A DNA stretch of 64,000 bases from Octopus vulgaris. Taxonomy: Eukaryota. The stretch lies in assembly GCA_951406725.2 (NCBI GenBank), contig OX597818.1:14198001-14262000 (forward strand), written 5' to 3'. The stretch's first letter is position 1, and every line of letters begins with the position of its first letter. Positions 28,064 to 41,569 of this stretch are shown here, one piece after another. Both the position numbers and the translations under genes were made by a program. The notes beneath the pieces are model-generated. The model was given only the letters and a program-made list of their open reading frames with translations. It made no database searches and was not told the DNA's origin.

Positions 28064-31000
28064 GTATTAGTATTAGTATTAGTATTAGTATTATTATCAT
28101 CACCGTCGGTTCAACAATATCCCACTATCATTTGCTAAAAAAAAGAGATTCTTCTGTCATGTTTGATATAAATTTTAGAGAAAAGAAATATATCACTTAA
28201 TCACTAAATGCTAGTGAGTTCTATGTTGCAGGTGGTTCTTTAAGTGCATTCAAAGTGTGTAGGAAATCAGATGCTTTCAGTATGTTTTGCTTCCAGTCAC
28301 CATTGTATCTGTGTGTGTGTGTGTGTGCGTCTGTGTGTGTTTGTGTTTCGTTGTGGTTATTTATTCTGGGCTTCACAAAATATGTGCCACAAAAATATTG
28401 ACGCCAAATTCATTGACTACCCTTCCTCTAGAATGTGTGATTTTATGCTCTCTTGAAATCATATTTTCTCTCTAAAATGTCAATGCTTCGAAATAATTCC
28501 CCCAAAACTAAACAATACTGGAAGCATTGTTAATGAAATGTGAGAAAGTCCAGACAAAAGATTTTCTGTATATGACTGAATAAATGTGTAAGCTGTTCGA
28601 AAACATTAAATGCAAGTGATTTTATTTTGACAACTGTGAAAATAGAAATATTATATAGGAAAACAAAAATAAGAGAAAATGAAGAAAAGGCAGCAATACT
28701 TCGCAACTAAAGATAGATGAAGTGAAATTGATAACGAAACTTAAATCATATGATGATAAATCTAATGTGATATGAAGATTACACATTTGTGAGATCCGAA
28801 CTTAGAGCCATGCCAAACTAAATGCCATAACGCATTCAGTTTGGTATTCTAAAATAGTCATCGCATGAATTATTGAATGAAAAGTTTTCTCCATGAATAT
28901 TCTATTAAATATAAATTTCTTTTCTCTTCTTAATGACTTTGTATGACGTGTCTACAACTATAAACTATATCTCTTTTTGTTGATTTTTCATTCATGTACC
29001 TTGTTCATAAAATTCTTCTTCCTGTTTGCACATCCTTTAATGAACTATAAAGCAAATCTGAGGAGAGCGACATAAACATTAAAAAAGAAAGTTGAAAAAG
29101 AATGTAAAATGTGAAGCGCGTGCAACCTTATTACACAGTTTAAACATATGCGCGACAGTTATTAGAATTTAGACTGTAATATATTTTCCTCGTATATTTT
29201 ATATTAGTTACAAATAAGAACGCGACTCATAAAAATTATATGTTCCTTGTGTTATGATCAAAGTGGCGATAAAATTGTTGCAGGACTATTCTAAGTAGCG
29301 TTTTAGTAGTAAAACATGGCGTAGCCAAGATATTTTACAACTGAAAGTTGGTTAAATTTCTGTGCGATTAAATACTATAATTAGTTTGGTATTACGATCA
29401 TATGCTTTTATTCAACTGAGAATAATTGTTGACGATCTTTGAATTAAATGTAAATGCCTGGAAATCATTCCAGTCATGGAAGGAACATAAGATATTGATA
29501 TATTTCACGAAGAATATATCCATCACAACAACATTGCATAGATAAATTATATAGTAGTCATAAAAATAATACTACAGTTCTGCGGCTTAAATACACTAAA
29601 ATCAAAATAATCATGATCTATGATCTCATTGAATGTCTTACGGGCTTCCAATCGACTGTAAACTTGATTAATATAGTTTGCAAGGACAAGACAATAAGCT
29701 ACTGACAAAATGTTCGAAATATTTTATAAGATTTATTCGAATTGATTATTAGTTCAGTATGAAAATGGTTATATCAGAATCAAGGTTTCTAAGAAGTTTA
29801 TTGGGTGGTGTTCTGCCAAAAGTATATTTCTTTCTTCGTTCCGGAATCATGGTATTGCAAGACAACAGAAGTTTAACGGGTCGAGTGAATTTCCTGTAAG
29901 CATTACTTTACCGTTTCCATAGAGTGGTTTCCAGCAATATTAGCACCACAAAGCTGCTATTTAGAAAACGAAATACGTTTTCTTCCTTTGCTTTCGCAAA
30001 TCACCATCATTTAGGGTTTTATTAAAACATTTTAGAATCTGCTTGTTCTAAAATTAGTAAAAGTATTTATTACTCACGATTCACTTAATGAGAAGTATAT
30101 TAAAACATTTCTAATTATAGAAGATGGGTTGAGAAATCTACAAAAGAGCTGAACATAACTAGAGCTATAAATATAAATGTCTAAAATAAAGAAAACCTCT
30201 CAGCAAAATATTTTAAAATTCACTCAAGTATCAATGTATGTGATATTAGCGTAACACTTGAATTCAAGTATAGTAGATTTTAGATTAAAAAAATATCTAC
30301 CATACTAAATATTATATGAATATTTCACGTTATCTATTTATCAAACAGGAATATCATTCCGCTTCTGCTGTTTTCAGTATATATGTCGGGCGAAAGTGGC
30401 ATGATTATAATTGTTGATACAAATAAAATTTAGCAAATTGTTTTTGTAGTCGTTTCATTTCTGGCGTCTCAACATTCATCATCACCTCTCGTGAAATGAT
30501 ATTTAAAACAAGCACCTTATAGAGCCACATCCACAACAGAGAAACGTCAATTATTTTTCAAATAATCTAAATACTGCATACAAAATAACTTAATACTATG
30601 AGAATTATTAATAGTCGTCTAATTTCATACATTTAAACTGTTAATTGTATTTAACACTTTCTATAATTGGGAGAAAATAACCAATTTGTATCATACATTT
30701 ACATAGTTTCAAGATATTTCACTATATTAGAAGCACAAATTATTGATTTCTAACATTGCCACAGATACTAGGTTAGATGATAGAATATATAGTGTACTAA
30801 ATATTAATGATCAAAATACGCAAAGTAGTTATGGCTGAACAGTAGAGCGCTAGATGTAATATTTTGTGTCGTGTATGTTACGTTCTTTTAATGGCTTGCT
30901 TCAACATCCACCTGGTTCCACTTACCTGTTTAAACATTTGAAGGCAGAAGGGGGTTTAAAATGTAGCAGTAATGGTGATACTAATCGTCTATATGTCTGA

Positions 31001-31249
31001 AAGCGGTACTCTTAGACAGCTACGGTTCGCAATTAACAAAAGAATAAAATTAAATTATGAACACATAAGAATAAAATTGAACTTTGCCAAAAGATATTTT
31101 GTGAAACAAAATATTAAATCTATTTTTTTTATTCTCATAAGAGCTATTAACTTAAATTTTGAAAATCCTGATTTAAGAAATATTTAAGTGGCACAAATGG
31201 TAGTTCGAAGATCAATCTCTTCATTCACATTCACATCACTTTGACCAAA

Positions 31250-34200
31250 TATTGGTCTCAAATTTTGTCATGAGGCCAGCAATGTTCGGAGGAAGGGGAT
31301 TGAGCATTATATCAACCCCTAACGAACAACGTGTATTGTTTTATGGACCTCGAAAACTGGAATTTGGAATCTGAACATAAAGCGGACGAAATGACATAGA
31401 GCATTTTGCACGGCATGCTAACGATTCTTATTTTTTTTATTATCCATAAGGACATATAAGGGACAGCACAATGAAATCGAATGATTTTACTAGAAATGCG
31501 GTTTGGGTCCTTTTAAAAATTCTAAAAACATATATAATACGGATGATGATAGGACACAATAAGACAAAACAGATGGAGTGGAGGCGGGATAATAACGGAC
31601 CCCACGAAACCCACCTTACCATTGACCTGGATTTTTAAACCATATCGCATTCACGCGGAGCCTTTCATGCCCAACGTTCATGCGACATTCTCCCATCTTT
31701 TTCCAAACACGTTTTCAGTGAAACATCTCTCCAGCCCTATTTGCCTTTATAGGGGGAAGATGAAGAAATTCACCAGATTAAGGCCTGAGATGAAGGTGCC
31801 TAACCTTATTCCTTTCATCCTTGTCCTCAATATAATCCCTCTCGCAGTTGCTACTACAGCGAGAAAAACAATTCTTAAGTTCTTTCGTTAAGAAATCCGA
31901 TGAGTTAATTTTCACTATAGATTTAGTCGACAGTTGTACTCTTCCTCCACCTAACATCAATTATTCGGCATAAACCCACCCGTCAGACACTTCCGGGCAC
32001 TGAACAAAAGCGTGCAGGACGGTTTCCTTGTCTCGCCCACATCTTGGATAGGAGTGTCTCGGCCACCGTGCCTTGAAAGTTTATCCCGGGCAGCTAAGGC
32101 ACTGCGGTAACACTGCCATGCCAAAGAAATTCTGAAAATTATCCAGGGTCTTCGGCCCGAATGTACGTTGGAACAGACTGGACTGGCCAGCTGTTTATCG
32201 TAAAAACCTAGGGTCTCGCCCAATATATCATCACATTCCGCCTCTACAAACCCTCTATAAAAGACCGCGGTGGAACCTCCACCACAGGCATTGCCCGATC
32301 GACGAGAGAGCAGGAGTGCTTTGCGACACCCCGTATACCATGTACCCAACTTCGATCACCGATGGGCCTAAAATTATCAATGACATCCCCCTTGTTCAGG
32401 TCCTTTCTAACGAGTGTCACCACTCTCCGACGTACAGATTTGGAGATGAGCCCATTTTGTTGCCAGTTCGCGTAGACACTCGACAATAGGTGTCCGAAAT
32501 GTCCGGCATAATCTTATACAGCTCGTAGGGCAGACCATCCAGCCCTGGCGCCTTCCCGCGTCGCAGTCAGCCATGGCCTCTTTTACTTCCTCAGACGTGA
32601 TCGGCCCCTTACTACACCTCGCATCCTGACCCGAGAGGCGCGGCAACCTGGCTAGGAAGTCCGTTACCTTCTACCTACAACCGGCGAGGAAGTCCGTTAC
32701 GTCCTTCCTATACTTCGGCCCACCGCCCCCTCCGAAAAGCTGGGTGAAGTGGTCCTGAAAGACCTCACATATCTCCTCGGGTTTGTCTATCAACCTACCT
32801 TGCTGGTTCGCCAATGATCGAATTGTGGCAATGATGCCACGTTGGGCTTCCACCACTCGGGCACATCCCGCAGCATTGATTCCTTCGCAACCCATTGAAC
32901 GTTGTCTACCCCTGACAATGCAACCCATGTGTTTGGCTTCGAGGTACTGGTTTAATACCAGTCTCTTGGCATTCAACTAAGCCGCAGAGCCAGTTCGCAA
33001 TTCTTCCTCTAAGTCCTTAACTAAAGCTGATTCCCTTCTAGCCTCTTTATCCACTAAACCTATGCTATATCTAATAGGCTCATATCTAATGGCTAACTTG
33101 AGGGCATGCCAGCATTTGTTACTAATAATGCATCCGTTTAATACCCTCTGAATTAAAATTTTAATTTGGTCTCTGTACTCTTTGATCGCCAAAAGGGACA
33201 TATTAATTTTTCAGTAGCAGGGACCTCTATATAACTTACCTATGTCGAGCTTACTGGTGACCATCTTGTGATCACTGTAGCTGACCATGAGAAACTGTGG
33301 ACACCTAGCTATCCTCTTATTTACTTTTCTTATTAAGACTCTATCTGGATAAGACCTGGAAGATCCGTCACTATTTGTCCATGTCCACAAAGGAGCATTC
33401 GAAAATTCCAGTCTGTATGGATCTATCAGCTCAACACGTTTTAGTAGATCCTAGAAGCAAGCAACACTTCTATTAACACAGGAATTAACACAATCTACGC
33501 GTGCATCGCAGATTGTGTTATATCTCCTAGCACAACTAAGGGATGTGATGTACCAAGAAACGTCTCTAGGTTCTGATAATACTCAATTTGCCCCGTATCT
33601 TGAGGTGCATAATTGCAACTAGTCTGATAGTCTTACAACGGCTGAACGTCATGTCGATGACGACTAGCCTACCATCTGGAATGCAAAAATCAACGTTTTC
33701 TTAGAAAACCGGTTTCTTTTTAATAAGACTAACACCCTGATCCCGCAATGAGGACAGCACAGAGAGATGAAACTCTCGTAACCGTCAAACAGCGGGAGCA
33801 GATCTCTTGGTCCCTTCAGCCGAGTTTCTGTAGTAACAACAACATCTAAATCCCGTGACCTGACGTCATTTAGGAGGCGTCCATGCTTCCAACTAGACGT
33901 CAGGCCACGCACATTTATATATCCAACGTGAATGCTTGACATGGACTTACTTTAGTCAGTGGTACTCTTTTTCACTGGTTCGTGTGGTTATATTCTGATA
34001 TAGGCCCTCGTACAACGACTTGTTACAATCAAGTCTTGGAGGACCCATTTCAGTTGGATGGTAGTTTTTAAAGACGTTATAGTTCATTTTATCTATTGTA
34101 TTAATGGCAATCTTTTCTGGAGTCTTATGGAGATGTTTGTAAATTGACGCCGTTTGTATTTGCTTTAACCTTTTTTGTAATTGTTCGATATCATTGTTTA

Positions 34201-35690
34201 TTGCAGTCTGTATTTCCTTATATTTGTTAGATTTTCTTGGACTTGATATCAGGGACAGATTGCGTGGGCTTGGCGGGTGAGGTGTGATGTCTGGGGGAGA
34301 GGGATATCCGATCTAGAATGGCAAGGGGCACTCATCGGCGAGGGGAGAAGAGGATGAGGAGGAATCTGATACTGTTGATATTTGGGGGGAATAGTGGTGG
34401 GGTGGGGTGGGGTAATTTTTCTTTCAGTGTCCTAAGTTTTTCTTTTGGTTGTTGTAGGATTCAGTTTGTTGTCGTTTTATTTTTTTCCTTTTTTGGGGTC
34501 TTACTACCGACCAGCCGTCTTTTTCCCCGGTTTGTTGAACTCCATAAGTACCGGGGTTTTGCTAGTCGGTCTTTTGGTTTTGTTCTTTTTTATTATGATC
34601 TTTTTTTCCTCTTCTTCCTTCACCTTGCGGTTGGGGCAGTTTACCCGAATATGGCCTCTTTCGCCACATTCGTAGCATCTGTGTTTACTGCCCTCCACAA
34701 TTACCTGCAAGGTGTGGATGTTCTCAGCAATTTCTTCTAATGTTTGGGTGGCTGCTTAGATTATGATCTCAAGCCCTTGCCCCCCCCCCCAGTTCTGTTG
34801 TTGTGTTCTGGAAGCTTCAATCATCTTGATTTTATCATCAAGCCCCATTAGAAGATGACATTTATTTCTGGTGGAATTTCCTCGATAACTATTTTGGATG
34901 GTTTCCTACCCATATAAGTTGGTAACAAAATGATTTCATTGGTTTTTATCGGTTGGAGCAAGTGTTTTATAGCCTTTTCCTCATTTTTGAAGTACACCAC
35001 TACTGTGGCGTATCCTCTCCCTCTGGTCAAGAACCCGATGTATTGTTAGATGGATTGTGGACACTTCTCGATTTGTTCTTTGGATGCCTTGTCTATTTTC
35101 TTGTCTTTTATTATTATTATCTTATATGTTATTATTTTCCCCTTTGATTCTTCGATGAGTTTAACAGGAAAACCTCCCCTTTCGAACATACCACAATGTT
35201 GCTGCAGTGAATCTAGCTCTATGTTCAATTTATCCTTTGTCACACCAGCAGCGGTGACAAGATGAATCTTCTTTTGGTTGTCTTCTGTTTTCCGTTATTC
35301 ATTTTATCGTTTTCAACATTTATTTTTTCCATCTTGGTTCCTTATTCCGTTTAGTGCATTTGTATGGCTTTCGTTCACATTTTCGTTCATTTTGTTTTGT
35401 TTTAAAGTTGATATTTGGTTAGCTTGGTCAGGGTTATAAGAAGTGTCCTCCGAATTCATTTTCACAAAAAGAAATATTTTCCAAAATATTTTTTCTAAAA
35501 ATTATTTCAAAAATTATTTTCATCTCCTTACGGAGGGGGACAACAGTCCAATATGTCTGTTAAACAAGAACGTAGAACAATAAGAAAAGTTCAAAATTTA
35601 ACAATAAATAGCAACAATAACAATTACTAACCAAATTCTCACAAAGACAAATTAACCGCAGCGTGCTAACGATTCTGCCAGCTCGCTCCC
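31250..35690 (-). mobile_element. Deu/Nin-type SINE split by the Tx1 insertion (body about 31250-31428, head 35661-35690)
   Basis: ...GCATTTTGCACGGCATGCTAACGATTCT resumes as GCGTGCTAACGATTCTGCCAGCTCGCTCC. Confidence 0.75.
31429..35660 (-). mobile_element. Tx1/L1-clade LINE with both ends present, decayed, RT core deleted; 16-bp TSD
   Basis: ORF1 (about 35459-33947) has the CCHC knuckle CYECGERGHIRVNC. ORF2 from 33942 has APE motifs INVRGL, TET, WTWTN, SDHK; KGDVIDNFRPI jumps to post-RT LAWQCYR. A-rich tail at 31429-31442. TSD GC(A/G)TGCTAACGATTCT at 31413-31428 and 35661-35676. Confidence 0.9.
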
Positions 35691-36712
35691 TTAACTTTAC
35701 TCAGATGTTGTCTCTAATAGAGTCAATGGGACGAGTACCCTCTCACTGAAAGTCGGTGGTGAAGGAAATTTTGCTGACGCCCATTGAATGATCCTTGTCT
35801 TGAGTGGAAAACTTAAATTTCACCCAGCTTAGTGTTACAAGCTTTTCACACTATTTGAAACAATCGGACCAGGTTTCTAATCTAATTGTAACCCATAGAT
35901 TTAGCAGATTCACCAATCTCTCTCCTCATCAGTCTCAAATATAAATGAAATTACAAGTTTATTGGTGCATGATTTCAATATTTCTCTCGGGGAATCCTTG
36001 TTTCTGTATATTCAGTAAATGTTATACTTTTATCTTATACGCAAGGCAATATTGATGTGATTGAATTTTCCTGCGAGCGTGGTATATTACGAGTAGGTTA
36101 TTGTTGCTTCAGAACGATGTATATACTGCGTATATGTGCGAAAGCAGAACAAATAAACATTTAAAATAAATAAACTGGCTGTTTTATTTATGAATCTCAA
36201 GCGCTAACGTAATCTCTATCTACATTAATGTGTGTATATTTCTTTATGTATTTACCTGTGTCTATTATATTGTGTATGTTTTTAGTATCATCACGAAAGA
36301 AGAATTTAATAAATGCTAATGTTATTCTGGAGAGACTGTATAGTCTTTCATTTTCCTATAGCATCTGGCCACTGTGAAAGCAATAACTTAGCAAACTGTC
36401 GCCCAAGGTAATTTCTGAACTGAACGTTTAATTTCTCGTTAAAAATATGCGTTATTAAAATTACCCTGGACTGTTTTATTAGCGCGGCTCGCCAGATGAT
36501 GAGTCAGGTTCCATGTGGCCGACTCTTCGAAAAATGTTGGTATTGCAAAAATCCTTTCGTGAAGCTAACCTCCTAACCCTCTGCCAAATAGGGCGAATGC
36601 TTCTCGTAAAAAGAGATATATTACACAGGAATATGCCTTCAATTGGAAATAGGTTTTCGTATTTTACAAACGTCCTGAATGGATTGTTATGCATTGACTG
36701 CAAAGTTCCAGA

Positions 36713-37339
36713 CATAAATGTTATTAGATATTTTCTAGCCCTATATGCAACTGATAAAAGAAACAGACACACCGAAAGGCCTAATAATTTATACATGGCA
36801 CTTGTGACTGAATCAAATTGTTGATTACAATAGAATGTGCCAACAATTTTATTACTACAGTTATTTCTGTCAATGTAACTGTGCTATATTACACCCACAA
36901 GACACTTAAGTCTATGAGAAAAATAATGTACAACATAACAATATATCTTATTTCGCCTCCATCTTTGTAGTGACAGTTTCCTGAATGAAATTATGAATTA
37001 ACTTCTAAAATATTAATTAGACTTTAAATGTAAATGTTATTAGATAGTTTCCACTCCAATATGCAACTGATAAACGTAACAGACACACCGAAAGCTCTTC
37101 AAATTTATACATAGCACTTGTAGTGTGAATCAAATTGTTAATTACAATAGAATGTGCCAACAATTACAATTATTTCTGTCAATGTAACTGTAGTATCTTA
37201 CACTCACAAGACAATTAAGACTACCAGGAGAATAACGTACAGTATAGCAAGGCATCTTATTTCGCCTCCATCTTTGTGATGACAGTTTCCTGAATGTAAT
37301 TATGAATTAACTTCTAAAATATTAATTAGAATTTATAAA
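36713..37339. repeat. Tandem duplication of about 310 bp (36713-37028, 37031-37339), moderately diverged
   Basis: Both copies begin TAAATGTTATTAGATA and end GAATTAACTTCTAAAATATTAATTAGA. Confidence 0.92.
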
Positions 37340-38199
37340 CACACACAGGTTAAAAGTGAAGAGTGTTTATAGTGTCAGAGTGGCAAAGAGAGATTCGGAT
37401 TTGTTAGAAAACTGAGAGATAAAGATAGTTTACAACACAAACGTTTCGGACTCAACGCCATGATTTACAGTATAAGAGGGATCGTGGTATGGGAGGAGTG
37501 TCAAAATATGTTGAATGATTTGGAGTTGTCACTGATGATTTCTGAGTGATAGGAAAAATGTGGAGACACATCATGAATGAAGGACATTTTATAATCCAGC
37601 TGGTGAATAGGTGAACTTTTTGTGTGGTAATGAAAACATAGAGCTTCGAAGAACATGTAATAGAGTTGAGTCACAATAACTAGACATTTCTTACATCTCG
37701 AGGAGGTTAATGATTAATAGAGAGAGTGGTTTTATACAAAACTGCCGCCATATCTTTGGGAAAGCTAACCGAAAAAATGCATACTAAATAATATCCTATG
37801 GAGATTAAGAAACTGCAGTTACTGACAAAATTAGTTTATAAATTAGATAGCACAGGATAACAGTGTTTTTATTATTATTATATGTCATAAAAAATCTTTT
37901 TAAACTTCTTTCAGTCATTATATTATATAATGTTTGGAGGATGGTCTGTATATCTGTACATAAAACAGAAAGAACAAATAGAGGATGCGAGAAAATTAGA
38001 AATAATGAAACTAAATAAAGTGTAGAAAGAGATTGTTCATTAAAACTTCAGAAAGTTAAACACAAAATATTCTGACAGTTACAGTTATAAATAAAATGAT
38101 GTACATTCACACAGTAAATGAGATAAATTGTTATCCTATCGACTAATAAAACATATATTTCATTGCTTCTTTAAAATATATATTTTTTAATATTCATTT

Positions 38200-38690
38200 C
38201 AAGAACTATCTTTTCACACGTTATTTATGACGCTTGGTTAACTGAATTATATGATCATTGGTTTTGGTTAAAATGGCACCTTACAGTTATTGACATCTTA
38301 CTGGTATATGCTAAATCAAACGCACTAAATAACGCTTGCATGTCTTGAATGAATGAGCTCAAATTGCACTGTTTCTCTGAGTATTATATAGAAGGCCACT
38401 TTGAGGTTTAAAGGTAACATATACGTGTTCAGCCGAAATTGCTCGATATAGCATGCAAAATACACTCAAACAGACGTTTGACTGTATTTAAAAGGAAGTT
38501 TTAATCTAAACCACCCTGTTATGCTGCGTTCGAATTCATTGTAAGTTTTACAGAATATGTGTGTGTTTGATTAGATGACTAATGTGTTATAAGCTGTTAG
38601 AGCTATACCAGTGCTGTCACTTATCAATTCATGTACAGAAACGAAAATTGATGCATTGTAACATATTTTGTTTTAACTGTTTTGTCATCA

Positions 38691-38727
<37 letters not shown>

Positions 38728-41000
38728 TTCAGTTCAAACTAGATAAAGTAAATTTGTAATCAAAAGCATTCCGGTGGTGGTTATGTATTCCTATAACACA
38801 TAGTGATACGTTTTATCCACTAGGTCCTTCCTTATTTAAATCAGTAAAATGTGATTTGAGGGAGATGGTCAGCAATTTCGAACGCTTTAACATGAGAGTC
38901 ATTCATGTACCCAAAGTTCAAGATTTATAGACCCATCAAGAATATGGCAGAAAATATACATACATAATATATATAATAATATTTATCTATACACTTACAA
39001 TAAGTTTGCTTAATATCTAAAGTAAATTTCAAATATTTTGAGTCACTTCAACAAAACTTTCAACAGAAGTACCCATGCTTACGTTAACTACTTTAGTAAG
39101 CATCTCTTCATAATTGCAGCGCTATTACGCTAAGGTTTCATATCTAATTCTTTTGAAGATCATTTCTTCGAAATCTATATCTCTACCATAAATGATATTT
39201 GAGATATAAACCAGTGGAAGAAACGGAGGGAAGTATTCAGAGTTGACAGTCCTTCCACATTATTCAAATTTAAGTCTTTCAAATTTGTGAAACATTTTCC
39301 AAATTAGAATATTCTAGGATACATGAATCAGATTATTCTAGCGACATGAAAAACGAAATTAACAAACCGCTATATTACGTGAACCGGTCACATCAATTGT
39401 CAAGTTACAGATAAACTAAATACTCTTAGTAATTTATCAGATTCACCATAATTTGGCGACCCAACATTGGGCAATATAATATATGGCGCAGATCCAATTG
39501 TGGAGTGAATAACTTAATCCTGGAGTGATATACCAAGTAGAAAGATTTGCAGGTTGTATTTGCAGTTGTGTAGTTGATGTTATTTTCTGCTATTACTAAA
39601 AACTAGCATCAGACTTCAGCTGTTATCTATTCACTCTTCAGCATGCTTGTTTTCATAGCATGTTTCATTCGTTATAATCCACTTCTTAGACACACTGAGT
39701 TTGTTGGGTTAATACCAATGACATTCTTGTCGATTTTGTAGACGTCTTAGTTGTGCGGCATTGTTCTTGTGACAAAAAAGTTGTCAGTGCCAGTGGTTAG
39801 CTAATGCTTCAAGTTGTCTTTGACGAATCAGCTTAAATGACGAACCATCCCAACCACTGTAAAGCGATAGCGAATAGGCTTCGGAGTCTTGATTGCTTAA
39901 CAATTTTCCTATTTGCCTTATAGTAGTAGCATTCAAATGCGATGATTTGTGTTCATGCTATGACTTTTCCTTGCGGCACTGACATGTCGTCCCAATAGTG
40001 CATGATTTGTCTAGGTGTATGAAAAGCTTGTGTGGCCCAGTTGTCCCTCACTGCCTCACAGGTGCAGTCCATGAGAATATAGGACAGTACATTTGACCAC
40101 AGTAGTGAGCGAAATAGTGTTGAGTCGTACAGCAAGCTGCCTAAGGGACTAATTTGAATATATTTATGGTTTATTCCCTATCCTTTTCCTAAAATGGCAT
40201 TAAGGTTATTTATCCAGATCATAGGATTCGTAACCCAGTACAGAACCCAGTTTAACCTGAGAGACCTGTCAGTCATTGCTATCGCAATTATAGTGGCTAA
40301 CATTATTATTCAACCCCTTTATTGCAAACACTAATAGGCAAATGTAAAAATGTGTGAAAGAATATTTATGATATAATATATAGATAATTATTTATCTACA
40401 AACAATTTAGCTTGATATCTTTGGGGATAAAGCTACGTAGATGAATATGCACGACTTAATATACTGTAGCACTTTAACACTTTCTTTGATTACTAATACT
40501 TCTCATACTCATATAGAGTCATTAATTCCTATGGCGTTCTCACTTAATATTATCCCTACGTTATATGATATGTAAGCACTCTTCACCTTCCTTCCTTTTC
40601 CAAATATTAATCGAAACTACTTGAACATATACAATTTTCAACTGAATACAAAACATATTTGTAACCAGCTACCAATCTTTCATTAGAACAGTGCTCCACA
40701 CTCCTGTTGCTTTTATATTTGCTTGACTGTTTTTCTGCATATCCTATCAAATATTCCTATTCAAAATTATTCCATTAAAATTGCAAATTAAAAAACAGTT
40801 TCATGTATCGGGAAATATGTAGAGCATGACTATCAAAGTAATTTACATAAAATGCAAATATTTAAAAATCAATTTTAAACTCGTAATATTTGGTGTGGAT
40901 AGCTGACTGACAACTGGCGTATTTACAAACATTTTTAGCGTTCATACAACAGAGTACGAACATAGCTACAAAATAATATTCCTAAATAATATGATACCCA
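38200..41000 (-). pseudogene. Decayed TLR-like pseudogene (copy 6)
   Basis: Leader and Cys cap YYLGILF/VAMFVLCCMNAKNVCKYASC (about 40910-40992); PNITSLKL (40870-40893); CFTNLKDLNLNNV (39256-39294); TIR-like HIFCKTYNEF (38532-38561) and CILHAISSNFG*TRICY (38414-38464). Confidence 0.5.
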
Positions 41001-41569
41001 ATGGTACATAGAATACGTGACCCTTTGATCTTGTTTAAGGGGCAAATACCATAAATCACAAATTCCACATGAGTGAAACCAAAGTAAATGAGAATAAAAA
41101 CTATTGAAATATTATCAAAATTTAAAACAAAACTACAGCTCGGTAACTTGGAATCCAATACGACTTATATTTACCAGAATTCTCATAAATCTCGTTAAAA
41201 AATGTTTATAGTTTTCCGAAAAACGTACGTTGTTTGAAAGAATTGTGGTTGTTTGCAGTAAATGAACTACTGAGGGGAAATTAAGTTTACTTGCAAGTTA
41301 TAAATGTTGCCATTATATAGAACAAACATGAGATTAGATGGAATGAGTATTGGATAACGCCACTTTGTTTGTAGTGGACAAGAATCTCAGTCGTTTTAAT
41401 ATTAGTTTGAGGGATAAAGCTTCCTCCATCGTATTAACTTCAGATATTTAGACTGTAGTATATATTTAAGTATTTGTCCAAACATATTGATCAGATCACA
41501 TGAAAGAGTGTTTTTTTCTATCTTTCGATATATAGATATGCATAAATCTGTATATATATATATATACAT

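Larger units (their letters stand above)
29780..36720 (+). pseudogene. Decayed TLR-like pseudogene (copy 5), interrupted by SINE plus Tx1 LINE (about 31250-35690)
   Basis: LRRNT/LRR SCKHYFTVSIEWFPAILAPQSCYLENEIRFLP/AFANHHHL (29892-30013); FSRFTNL/NEITSL (about 35899-35961); LRRCT IFLSGNPCFC (35978-36007); TM LSTLMCVYFFMYLPVSIILCMFLVSSRKK then box1-like LYSLSFSYS in one frame (36216-36362); NYPG, FEKCWYCK, YKRPEW downstream. Confidence 0.55.

Noticed and set aside
29200-29600. TIR domain for copy 4
   Set aside because: Only a vague FTTESWLNF motif was seen; it was not counted as a TIR remnant.
36513-36824. 103-aa + ORF and overlapping 105-aa - ORF as intact genes
   Set aside because: No coherent domain. 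TIR-like motifs there switch frames, and the ORF runs into the tandem duplication.
39540-39950. Possible RTE LINE remnant (KDNLK on the - strand)
   Set aside because: A single short motif is too weak to call.
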